From NCBI RefSeq assembly GCF_030144855.1, contig NC_082720.1, positions 71,734,001-71,798,000 of the forward strand: 64,000 nucleotides of DNA, given 5' to 3'. The notes under the pieces are model-generated. The model did not search any database, was not told the origin of the DNA, and saw only the letters and a program-made list of their open reading frames with translations. Source of the DNA: Hypanus sabinus. Lineage: Eukaryota. Position numbers and translations under genes: made by a program. Positions 13,180 to 24,406 of this stretch are shown piece by piece; the stretch's first letter is position 1, and each line of letters opens with the position of its first letter.

Positions 13180-15012
13180 TGGAGAACAGTGAAGCCTGCT
13201 CTGTCTCTCTAATTCACTTGTGGGAAGCGACGAAAGAGAACCTCTTCAAAGGTGTTCAGAAAGCTGGATGGGGCAAGAAGGAATAAGCTAACCTCAGACG
13301 GACTTGCAGCAACTTTTGCTTCTGCAGTCAAGGAGGGTGGTTGTGAAAGAGGTAAAGAGCAGAATCCTCCAAGATCATCTTTGGTTTGCTTTTTGGAGCA
13401 GGATGTGATGTACTTCTTACGAAAAGTTCACTTGGGGATCTCTTTGATTCACGGTCTTAAGGAAGAGGATGACTTAACAACGTCCTCGCAGATAGATATT
13501 CTGAGCAGCTGTAGATCCATTTATTCTAGTCACTATGACATTAAGACCACAAGACAGCCTTCCAGAATTTCCGGACCTCTATCATGGAGTTCCTAGAGAA
13601 GAGTGAGCAGAGTCTAGATTAGTCATTGATTGGCTTCATCTGTTTTATTGGCGTGAATAAAATTTGCAGAAGCTACAGCTTACTGGTGGAGTTGTACTTG
13701 TGCTTGTGTACAGGATGGCCCCGGATCTGCTGGAAGTCTATGCCTCTGGCAGGCAGCATGTCAGACTCCATGAAGAAGGGCAACATTACCCTCATTACAC
13801 CTCACGCCTCAAGCAGAAAGGGAAGAGGGAGGACATCAGAAACAGGAGGCACATTTCACAGTTGAATGTGGACTGTAAGATCTTTTTCAACCGGGTCAAG
13901 TCTGTTGTGGAACAGGTGATTCACCCCGACCAAACCTGAACTGTGCTTGGCAGGAAAATTGCTGACAGCCTTGTGCTGCTTGGGGATATCTTTGCCTATG
14001 TGCAGAACCTGGGGGTGGATGCCTGTCTAGTCAGCTTGAACCAGGAGAAGGCCTTTGACAGGATATCACACATGTAGATGACAGCACTCCTCTTCAAATG
14101 AATTTAGGGGAGGGAATGAGGGGTTGGATCCAACTGCTCCACACAAGCATCCATAGTGCAGGTCAAATCAATTGGTGGTGCAAGTTAGATGGGTTCCCAT
14201 CAAGTCAAGCAAGCTTGTCCACTCTTCCCTTTCCTGTTTGTTTGCTGAATAGAACCTTTTCCCATGTCTGTTAGCAAGGATGAGAGCATAACAGAAGTGA
14301 GATTACCAGGCCAACACGAGGTAAAACCTCCCTGTACATGGATGATGTCACCATCTTCTGCTCAGATTCACGGTCACTTCACAGATTGCTCTAGTGTCTG
14401 TGACCAGTTTGTTAGTTTTGGGGGCAAATTAACCACAAGAAGAGCAAAGCCATGCTTTTTGGTAACCATCCCAATGTCTACTTCACTGTCAGGTCTGATT
14501 ATCTGAACGTGTTGGGTTTCAGAGTGGCTGAAGTGTCTAAAAGGGATTGGCTGGAAGGTCAAACAAAAATAGCGTATGTGAATATGGCAGTCTATCAAGA
14601 ACTGGGAAGAACTTGGTTATCCGGTGCAATGTGTTCTCTGGGCTGCTGTATTTTGCACAGATGCAGCCTGTTCCTTGCTCCTCTGCCTCAATAATCACGC
14701 AGGAAGTCTTCCTATTTTCCTGGGGATCCAAGATGAAGGAGTCTAATGGATTATGATGCACAAGTTCTCAGAATAGGGGCAGAAGTGTTGCCCTCATCCT
14801 GATGACTACCTTTATGCATGACTGCATCAGGTTGTTGTGACACGCAGTGCAAGGTCAGCACCAAGTGTCACTGTGTTGTGGCTGGCTCTACCTGTGAGCG
14901 TTGTGCAAGGTGGGCTTGGCCCCTCTATTCCACAATGTCCTTGTGGGCTGGATGTTGCTGCACAACCTGCTGTTTGTAAACAATCATTTCCATGGAAATG
15001 CCTTTGATCAGA
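13180..15012 (+). mobile_element. Old Tx1-like LINE ORF2, left part
   Basis: LNVDCKIF..RVKSVVEQVIHPDQT, NQEKAFDRISH, LYMDDV; heavily decayed. Confidence 0.75.
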
Positions 15013-15146
15013 TTGAATTGACTTTATTACTTGCATCCTTCAAATACATGAGGAGTAAAAATCTTATTCACCGTTCAAATGTGCAATGTGCAATTAGAGT
15101 AATTTTTAATAAATATTATGTACAGCAGAATAGTCAATATAACATC
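15013..15146 (-). mobile_element. Rex-Babar LINE 3'UTR (left piece, split by L1)
   Basis: The reverse complement matches the 3' end of the Rex copy at 61270-61411 (gcacattgcacatt...gaaggatg.aagtaataaag.caattcaa). Confidence 0.8.
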
Positions 15147-16363
15147 ATTAATTTCTAAATGATCTGATATAAAGTCTCCGTTCTCCTTCAGGATCTTTGT
15201 AATATGTTGTTTGGCTTTGGAACGCCTCAGCTGATTGGCTAGAAATTTACCAGACTTAAACCCCTTGAATGTAAAAGCAACTCTTACTTTTGAGAAGTTG
15301 GCGTTCGACAGTTTGAGTAGACAGAAGATTAAATTTAGTTTGGAGTTCAACACGCTTCTTGTATAGTTCAGGGTTCTTAGTTTGAGCATATAGTTGATCC
15401 AATTCTTTAATCTGGTTAATGAGGTCTAATCGATCTGCACAGGATCTTCTGTTGAGATTTGCTGTGTAAGAGATTATTTGACCCCTCTGATATGCTTTCA
15501 TGGCATCCAGACAATCTGGGATGACACTTCAGGTGTTAAAATTAGTGTTAAAATAAAAGGTTATCTGATCCTTAATAAATTTTAAAAAATCATCATCCGA
15601 TAATAAAGTTGAATCAAACCGCCAGTGGACATTCCTCTGAAGGAGACCAGGAAAATTCAGTGAGGGAGTAATTGGGGCATGGTCAGAAATCAGTATACTC
15701 TGATAGTCACAAGAGTAGGCAAATGGAATAAGTTGGTTATCGAGTAAGAAATAGTCAATTCTAGTGAAGGTATGGTGAACATGTGAGAAAAAGAATAATC
15801 TCTCAGGATGGAGGAAACGCCATATATCAGAGATACCATAATTAGAGAGAAAACGATTGGATAGCTAAGGCAGATTTAGTAGGTGGTCTAGTAACAGAGG
15901 ACGATCGATCCAAATTAGGATCTAACCAACAATAAAAGTCACCACCCAGTATAAGTGAGTATGAGTTTAAGTCTGGTAGTGAGGAAAAAAAACGTTCAAA
16001 AAAGTTAACATCATCAAAGTTGGGGGCATACAGGTTTGCTAGTACAACTTTAGTGTTGTATAATTCACCAGAAACAATAATAAAACGGCCATTTGTATCA
16101 GATATTTTATTATGGAGTTCAAAAGGAATATTTGAGTTAATAAGAATGGAGACTCCCCTAGCTTTAGCGGCAAAGGATGAATGAAAATGCTGACCTGCCC
16201 ACTTTGACAGAAGCCAGGAGTTATCAAAACAACGAATATGAGTTTATTGAAGAAAATCAATGTCAGCTTTGAGTTGTTTAATATGTGAGAATACCTTCCT
16301 CCTTTTAACAGGGTGATTCAATCCCTTTACATTCCAGCTCACGAATTTAAGTGCACTAGCCAT
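15147..16363 (-). pseudogene. L1 ORF2 APE endonuclease + linker, disrupted and truncated
   Basis: MASALKFVSWNVKGLN..., SRIDYF, SDHAP, KAYQRGQIISY, KSGKFLANQLR; contains stops and frameshifts. Confidence 0.88.
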
Positions 16364-17250
16364 TATCAATTACTAAGGCATAAAAGGCAGCAGGCATATA
16401 AAAAGTCAAGCAATACGATAGCAGTCTGGGAGCAGAAATGTAAGCATAGATTCGTGAAATCAAAACATAAACATGTCCTGAGCAATAAAGATAAACAATA
16501 AATACAGTGAGTGATGTTGGAACTGGAAAACCCAGCCCACGCCCACAACCCAAAACTAGACGGCTACCAAAAAAAGCAGCTAGCTCTACCAAAAAAATTA
16601 ACCCAAATATAACTTCCAGATCTGTGTCATTAACAGCAGTTCCGTATAAATACTCTAGCAAATAGTAACTAGTTTATGCACTAGAAAACATAACTACAAA
16701 TTGGAACATCTTCTGCAGAAATATAAAACTTAATACAGAGAAAATCGGAAGAAAACCAAAACTAACCTACCCGTGAAAAATTATGGAAGAATAAAGTAAG
16801 AGAAAGGGGAGAAAAAAAAAGGAAGGGGAAAATTATAGATTCAAGAAGAGTACTTATCAACCATTTACAGAGAGGAAAAAAAAATCAAAGATTAAAAGAA
16901 AAGGTGAAAAAAAAATAATAAATTAAAAAATGAAAAATAATCAGCAGTTAAACTGTGAACCAACAAACAGGGAGGCCTTCAAAAAAGACTTCAAACCTCC
17001 AAAACAAGTTAGAGTCAATTGTAGAACTCTATAGATAAAGTTATACAAGAATAAAATAGATTACACAAGTACTATTTAAACGTCCATAGGGAAACATTAA
17101 GCACAGAATGTCTATTTAAAAAAGACACACCAAATCCAGGGAGAGATTGTCAACAGCCCTTAGAGTTTCAATAAATAGTGTCTGAGTGATTCAAGTAAAG
17201 TCTGAGTCCGGGAAAAGTAATTTTACTACGAGAAGTACTTATCCACCATT

Positions 17251-18066
17251 TTAGGAGGTCCAATCGGGTTCCGAAGATGGCTGGATAGCCGGAAGACTTG
17301 CAACAAATGCCTCAGCCTCCTTCACTGACTTAAACCACTTATATTTTCCAGTATTAAGCGTGATTCGTAAATCGGCAGGAGTGCGAAGAGAGGGTTTAAA
17401 ACCACGATCAAAAAGCACTTTCATTATGCCTTTAAACTCAGCGCGCATCTTTAAGGTCTGGGGTGCAAAATCTTCCACAAAGCGAATGATTGTATTTTGG
17501 AAAGTAAAAGTACCTCTGCGACGTGCCTCCATAATCAGACGGTGTTTTACCTGGTATTGATGGAAGCATAAAATTACCGGTCGCGGGCGAGAACCCAGAA
17601 TTCCGGGGGGAACGTAGACTCGGTGTGCCCTTTCGAGCTCGGGCATATTCGGAAGCAAATCTTTCCCAAATATCTCACAGAGAAACTCGGCGAAAAACTT
17701 CACGGTTGATCCCTGTTCGGTGGCCTCTGGCAACCCAAGAATTCTAAGGTTGCAACGTCTGCTCCGATTTTCGAGATCGACCATTTTAGAAAGGAGTTTA
17801 TTATTTTTTTCTTCTAGGCTGGAACGGAGAGTCTCCAAGTATCGAACATGACTTTCTAAATTTTCAGAAGTCGAATCGATGCGAGATAAGTGTTCAGCAT
17901 GTTCGTCCACTCTATCATTGATCCGATCCAGTTTGGCTTCCAGCTGTTTGAAAGCGGTTCTAAATTCCTTTAAAATATCGTTGCGGTGTTGTTCCAACGC
18001 AGCGAGGGTCTCAGAAGGCAGAACTGGAACTTCCTTTCTCCCGGTTTTAGAACTCTTGCTAGACAT
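17251..18066 (-). CDS. L1 ORF1p (coiled coil + RRM + CTD), 271 aa, uninterrupted
   Basis: Heptad region, DLENRSRRCNLRILGLPE, ERAHRV, PRPVILCF, EDFAP. Confidence 0.92.
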   Translation of the reverse strand: MSSKSSKTGRKEVPVLPSETLAALEQHRNDILKEFRTAFKQLEAKLDRINDRVDEHAEHLSRIDSTSENLESHVRYLETLRSSLEEKNNKLLSKMVDLENRSRRCNLRILGLPEATEQGSTVKFFAEFLCEIFGKDLLPNMPELERAHRVYVPPGILGSRPRPVILCFHQYQVKHRLIMEARRRGTFTFQNTIIRFVEDFAPQTLKMRAEFKGIMKVLFDRGFKPSLRTPADLRITLNTGKYKWFKSVKEAEAFVASLPAIQPSSEPDWTS

Positions 18067-18229
18067 TGTACGGTAGATGTGTTCACAGGCAAGTAAAAGA
18101 AACCAAATAAAGTTCCTAATTAAGGTTTAAAAAATGGAGACATTTAGTGCAAAGATAGCAAAAATAACAGAACAAAAGTTCGGAGCAGCTAAGCAATCGC
18201 CATCTTACCGGAAGTCCCAATATAACATC

Positions 18230-19078
18230 GAAATGCAGTAGCATCAGCATGAATTAATCAGTCTGATGGCCTGGCGGAAAAACTGTCCCAGAGTCTGTTG
18301 GTCCTGGCTTTTATGATGTGGTACTGTTTCCCGCATGGTAGTAGCTGGAACAGTTTGTGGCTGGGGTGACTCGGGTTGCCAGTGATCCTTCAGGGCCTTT
18401 TTACATACCTGCCTTTCTAAATGTTCTGAATAGTGGTAAGTTCACATCTACAGATACGCTGGGCTGTCTGCACCACTCTCTGCAGAATCCTATGATCGAG
18501 GGCAGTACAGTTCCCATACCAGGCAGTGATGCAGCCAGTCAGGATGCTCTCGATTGTGCCCCTATAGAAAGTTCTTAGGATTTGGGGGGGCCGTACCAAA
18601 TTTCTTCAACCATTTGAGTTGAAAGAGGTGCTGTTGTGGCTTTTTCACCACACAGCCGGTATGTACAGACCACATGAGACCAACGGTGATGTTTATGCTG
18701 AGGAACTTTAAGCTGTCCACCCTCTCAACCTCAGATCCATTGATGTCTGTAGGATCTAGCCTGTCTCCATTCCTCCTGTAATCCACATCTAGCTCCTTTG
18801 TTTTTGCGACGTTGAGGGAGGGGTTGATTTCTTGACACCGCTGTATCAGGGTGAATGGTTCCTCTCTGTAGGCTGCCTCATTATTATTTGTGATTAGGCC
18901 AATCTGTGTAGTATTGTCAGCAAATCTAATTAGCGATTGGAGCTGTGGGTGGCGACACAGTCATGGGTATACAGAGAGAAAAGGAGGGGGTTTAGTACAC
19001 AGCCTTGAGGGGCGGAGGTGAGGGAGCCCACTCTTGCTACCTGCTGGTGATCTGACAGTAAGTCCAGGGTCCAGCTGC
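18230..19078 (-). mobile_element. Rex-Babar LINE 3' ORF (right piece)
   Basis: DYRRNG..INGSEVERVDSLKFL, FYRGTIESILTGCITAWYG. It continues seamlessly into 15146 once the L1 is removed. Confidence 0.85.
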
Positions 19079-19870
19079 ACAAGGCCATTGTTCATCAGGC
19101 AATGGTCAGTGTGGAATGTGCTGCAGGACAAGGACAGTATCGATATGATAGGGTGGTTTACTGAGCAGATGGTTCAAACCACCTGGGAAAATGCTTCATC
19201 GCCACATCTGACCAACAAACACCAGGGACCTACTTGGTTGTTGGTGAGAAGGGCCCTTCCAGTCAAAGCCTTCCTCTGCCATTGACATATTACCCTCAAT
19301 AAACTCTCTCCTTGGGACGTCTGCAGAGGTGAAGATGGTCACCCACCTCTTTGCAGACTGTGGATTTATTAAGAGGGTGTGGAGATGGATGCAAGGATAC
19401 ACGTCCTGATTCATCCTGGGCAACTGTGTAACAGAAGTCTCTGGCTGTTACCAGGGACACACTAAGGCAGACATCAAGTGCTGCAGGAAGGTTGTCTGTG
19501 AAAGATGCCCTTGAGTCTGCCTGTGACTTGGTTTTTCAGCACGGTGTTGTGCCTGTAAGGGAATGGCACAGACCAGGATTAGAAGTATGTGCTAAGAAAT
19601 GCACTGAAATGTGTTGCAGCCAGTATTAAGAGTCTGTGGGGAAGGCCTGCAGTCCTAATCATGGAGCAGTTGAATTGGATAGGAAAGTCCCTTGAACATT
19701 GTAAAGGGCACATCACTCCAGGGTGCCACATAGAGGTATTGTTCTATATTTGTTTATTCTGAAAAGTACGCTACTGAATGTATTAACTAAAAATGTACAA
19801 GTTTTTTGTTTGCACTGCTTCCTTTATAGATTTTTATCATGAATAAAATATACTTTAGAAATTAAAAAAA
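19079..19870 (+). mobile_element. Old Tx1-like LINE, right part with AATAAA/A tail
   Basis: W..ASSPHLTNKHQ..WL.VRRALPV and HLFADC; ends aataaaatatactttagaaattaaaaaaaa. Confidence 0.7.
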
Positions 19871-20271
19871 ATGATTTTTTTCTCCACTACTTATCAGCCC
19901 AGGTTGAGAATTTTACTAGCTGAGGCATACCTTGCAAGTTTTCAATAAGTTTGCAATGTTTTTCATTTGAAAGTCTTGGTCTGTTAATTTAAAAATGTGT
20001 ACATTGTAATAATGCATCATTTGTTTCTAGTATGCCACAGACTGGAGATGGGTTGAGGAGCCTATCTCTAGGACTCTGGCTCTATTAAATACAAAATATA
20101 TGTACTTGTTGTACCTTGCAACTATAACACAATGAAAACATAATTGCTCCATGTTTCCATGATTGTAACTTTTGGTTCCAACTTTGACAAGTGTGTTGTT
20201 TACTTGTACATGCTTATATTTCTCTGCTTAGAGCACTGTGTTATTAATCGTTCCAATTTTTACCTGAAGGA

Positions 20272-20420
20272 ATGGATGCCCCATATGATGGAGCAGAGAT
20301 AACATTAGTAACAGAAGAAATTGAAGGCTGCTACAGCTACACAAAAAGCTTCCAGCCCAAAAAGAAAAAGAAATGGAAAGATCAAAGTGATGATGGAAGT
20401 AAAAAAGGCAAGAAGCCCAG
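20272..20420 (+). CDS. HMGXB3: HMGXB3 coding exon 1 (MDAPYDGAEITLVTEEIEGCYSY..PKKKKKWK..KKPR)
   Basis: Acceptor ag 20268-9, ATG 20272, donor gt 20421 (phase 2). Matches the remembered HMGXB3 N-terminus MDASYDGTEVTVVMEEIE; includes a basic NLS. Not in the ORF track. Confidence 0.93.
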
Positions 20421-20792
20421 GTAAAAAGAAGAACATTTTCTACCGAAGGAGGATTCATTACCTGAAGTCTTGCATATTTCAAATGTACTAGTTCTAACTG
20501 TTACTTTGTTCATTGGTTTAAATCTGTTGATTGGAGGAAACATTGAAGTACTACTCCCTGCTTTAGAATTGTGTGCTGTCAGTATCTGAATTATGCCATT
20601 CAGCCCATCAAGTCTCATTTGATCATGGTTGATTTATTTTCCCTTTCAACCCCATTCTTCTGTCATCATTACTAGGTAAGAACCTATTAATCTCCGCTTT
20701 AAATATACTCAATGACTTGGCCTTCACCGCGTTCTGTAGCAATAGATTCCAGAGGTTCACCACCCAGTATTGCTGTCAATACTCCAGATGTG

Positions 20793-21212
20793 ATTTGGAC
20801 TTAAAGTTCCATAAGGTCTGGGGACCTTTTATTGAGTACTTTCATAAACTTCCTCCTAACTAAGGTTATTTTTTCGGTCCCTTGCTTTCAGCTCGTTTTT
20901 CTTTTGGTAGTAGGCATTGATATCTTCTGTTGCTAAGTGTATTCACAGTTTGGGGGTTTGATTGTCCTGATTTATATTCTCTATATTGTGTTGTGGGTGG
21001 TCTGGAGTTTCCTTTTTTTGTTTTGTGTTGTAGGGCTTGGGGAGGACACTAATTTTACTTGTCTTCAATTTGGGTGCTTTTTCGATTATCTTTCTCTGTA
21101 TCAGATTGTTATTGTATGCTTATTTTTGCACTGTATCAATGTTCTTCATTTTGATCTGGGTTTTTTAAAATCTGTAGTTATGTAGAAAATGTATAAAAAA
21201 CTAATTAAAAAA
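20793..21212 (+). mobile_element. 5'-truncated L1 (end of ORF2, 3'UTR, A tail) with 15-bp TSD, inside a minus-strand CR1 fragment (about 20590-21290)
   Basis: TSD AATACTCCAGATGTG at 20778-20792 and 21213-21227; homologous to 2455-2880. Confidence 0.92.
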
Positions 21213-22079
21213 AATACTCCAGATGTGGTCTAACAAATGCCCTATAACTTTTCAGCATTATATCCTTGCTTTTATATTCTAGTCCAATTCACTGGCTTAT
21301 TGGAGAGATGCGTGGCTGTCGGTCTCTCTAATGAACCAGTGGATCAGACTTGCAGTATTCCACATTACCAATGTCCAACAGGGCCTTGCAATCACAACAA
21401 GAACATCCCACAATGTTCACTGGATTGTGCACCACCACTGATGCTCTCTTTCCTCAGTGGTTGAAGCAGGCTGCAGCATGGTGCACAAGTCCATCTCCAT
21501 TGCTATCCATCAACTCACTAGTGGTATAGACCTGCAGTATCTGGTGTTGTTAACATCCAGTAGTGTCTTGCAATCATGAAAAAATGCAAAGGATGAACAA
21601 TTGCATCTTTGGTTGGACTGCATCTATACATGCTGCCATCTTACCAGCAACTAGTTGTGTATACAGAATAGATGGTTAATAGTCAGCACTGAATCGGTGC
21701 CCAAAGAGCTTGATTCCATTATGTTGCTACCTATGACTCTACTGAAAATTTAAGAGGATTAGAGCAGATGAGTAACATATATTCTGATATGCAAATCTTT
21801 GAATACATAAACCCATGACGTCTCTGGGATTCTAGCAATCTAAGATATAACAGAAAAAGCACCTGTGCAAAATTTATAGAATCATTTGGACTAAAATTTT
21901 AGTACATTTTAGGAAGGATTATGATGGTGCAATAGGGACCAAATGAGAGAAGAGAGATTAATGAAAGAATACTCTGAAAACCAGCTCTTTTCATTAGAAC
22001 AAAGAACATTTAAGGGAAGATCTTAACCACAGAAGATTCTGCAGATGCTGGAAATCTTGAGCAACACACTGCTGGAGGA

Positions 22080-22832
22080 CTTATCCCTGCAAACGGAAGA
22101 AGTGCTACAACTGCCCCCACACTTCTTCCCTTACCACCATCCTAGGCCCCAGATGGTCCTTTCAGGTGAGGCACCACTTCACCTGCGAGTCAACTGGGGT
22201 GATGTACTGTATACGGTGCTCCCGATGTGGCCATTTATACATTGGGGAGACCCACTGCAGACTGGGAGACCGTTTCGCTGAACACTGGCGCTCAGTCCTC
22301 CAGCAGTGGCGGGATCTCCCTGTGGCCACACACTTCAATTCCACAGACCACTCCCACTCCGATATGTCTGTCCATGGCCTCCTCTACCGTCAAGATGAGG
22401 CCACACGCAGGTCGATGGAGCAATACCTTATCTCCCACCTAGGTAGCCTCCTACCTGCTGGCATGAACATTCAACTCACAGACCTCTGTGAAATATCCCT
22501 GCCCCCCCCCCCCCCCCCCACTCTTACTCCATCCCTATCTATAATTTTAGTCTGGTTCTCTTTCTCTCTCTTTTTTCCCCCTCACTATAATCTCCCCTCA
22601 GCCCTACCTTTCTTTCTCTTTTATTTCCCATAATTCTCCACCTTCCCCTAGCCCATTTCCTTTCAGCCTATCACTTCCCTCTCTACTTCATCCCTCCCCC
22701 CACTTCTTATCCCCCCTCGACCATCTCATGTTACTTCACTCCTGATGAAGGGTTTTGCCCCGAAACGTCGTCACTACCTCCTCCCATAGATGCTGTTTGG
22801 CCTGCTGTGTTCTGCCAGCATTTTGTGTTTTT
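22080..22832 (+). mobile_element. Penelope-like element 3' part (GIY-YIG endonuclease + terminal region), 14-bp TSD, inserted in an older Penelope-derived repeat
   Basis: FTCESTGVMYCIRCSRCGHLYIGET..RLGDRFAEH; TSD ACACTGCTGGAGGA at 22066-22079 and 22833-22846. Confidence 0.92.
22738..22773 (+). ncRNA. Minimal hammerhead-ribozyme-like motif of Penelope
   Basis: CTGATGA-a-GGG-ttttgc-CCC-GAAA-CGTC; helix I is weak in this copy. Confidence 0.5.
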
Positions 22833-24166
22833 ACACTGCTGGAGGAGCTCAGCAAATCAGGCAGCATGTATGGAGGGGAATAAATAAATGACATTTTGGA
22901 CTGAAACTTGTCCCTTTCTTTCCAGTCCTGAAAGGTCTTGGCCCGAAACATCTGCTCTATAGATGCTGCCTGACTGGCTGAGTTCCTTCAGCATTTCATG
23001 TGTGATTCTTAAAGAAAGATCAGGATGTCCTTTAGGATGAAGGGTTTAATTGTTAGGCTATTAGATAGATACTGAGAGAGACCATTTTTACCAGGAAGTA
23101 ATTAGAGGCTGTAAGGTGAAGAGAAGGGATTGCAAACATTTTTTAATATAAAGTTCAAATGGTTCAAAAGGATTGATTTAACATCAAAGAGTGTATACAG
23201 TAGACAGCCTGAAATTCTTAGTCTTCACAGAAACAGGCACAAAACAAGAAACCCCAGATAATGAATAATAGTAACATCAAGAATGCTAAAGCCCCCCCAT
23301 GCACAAGCAGCAGCAGAAACATTGACTTCCCTCTCCTACTTACACTAGCAGAAGCGCTGACACCACCCCCCCCAACCATGCAAGCAAAGCAAAAGCCCAC
23401 AAGAAGACCTTGATCTAGACTCTCATCTCAAACTCCAGTGTATAAATTTTGATCTGATGTCAAGTAGCCTACCACAAGCATTAGTAGTTATGGAATTCTT
23501 ATACAAAATTTAAAAAAGTAGTGCATGAGCATTTTAAGGAATAAATGAAAAGAAGTGGATTGAGACTTAGTGGATACTTTCTGAGAGCAAGCATATTGGA
23601 TGGAATAGCAATTTAAACATGAGTAAGATGTATTGTCATATAGCTTGACAAACAGGGAAGGCTTGTAGAAATTTAAAGTACTTTTGATAGTTATGTTTGT
23701 GAAGCTAATCATTTGGAATGTGTATATAGATAAAAAAGCTGACTTTTTTTCTAAACAAAGGTTTTTGTTGCTACACGACCAAATCATTATCTTTAGTCAT
23801 AAATCATGTGCTTCATATTTCCTGGCAAGCTTATCCTCTAAGAAGCTGAACCATGGAAAGTAGAAAAGTCTCAAGGGCAAGCTTTAATTTGCTGAACAAG
23901 CAAGTTTCAGCTGAGATGTCTGCCTACTTTATGAGTATGCGATTAACAAAAAAGACGGCAGAGTAATAAATTTTGTCTTTTGGACTCTCCTTAGATTTAT
24001 TATTTTTAAATTTTTGACTCTGTTTTCACTTGTGACATAATGATTTGATCTTTCGGAGGCCGAGATGCAGATTTTCTTGCATGTTCTTTGTAATACCAAG
24101 ACACATTTCTGTGAGCATTTATATGCAAGATTGTGTTTTTTAAAAATATTTCCTTTTGTGTTTTAG

Positions 24167-24341
24167 GCCAGCTTATTTGCTGTACTATTATGATACTCAC
24201 TTAAAAGTACAGCAAGACTATCCTAATTTGCCACGGTCTGAGATAAATAAGAAAATCAGTGAAAGCTGGAGGCGTCTCAGTGTTGCCGAGAAGAGTATTT
24301 ATCTTGAAAGAGCAAAGCTGGAAAAAGAAGGAATAGATCCG
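24167..24341 (+). CDS. HMGXB3: HMGXB3 coding exon 2, HMG box
   Basis: ttttag|G CCA; PAYLLYYYDTHLKVQQDYPNLPRSEINKKISESWRRLS..EKEGIDP|gt; phase 2 to 0. Confidence 0.97.
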
Positions 24342-24406
24342 GTAAAAGAGTTTTACTTACCTGCAAAAAAAAACACTATTTAAGAAATCTTTCAGGCAAC
24401 ATTTAA

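Larger units (their letters stand above)
15147..18217 (-). mobile_element. L1 LINE: 5'UTR, intact ORF1, about 890-bp inter-ORF spacer, N-terminal ORF2; 3'-truncated; 12-bp TSD
   Basis: TSD CAATATAACATC at 15135-15146 and 18218-18229, with ORF1 and endonuclease motifs in between. Confidence 0.92.

Noticed and set aside
1-18217. L1 at 1-2890 and L1 at 15147-18217 as two halves of one inverted element (one ends almost where the other begins in ORF2)
   Set aside because: Position 1 is an arbitrary window edge, and the minus-strand copy is enclosed by its own TSD within a Rex element.
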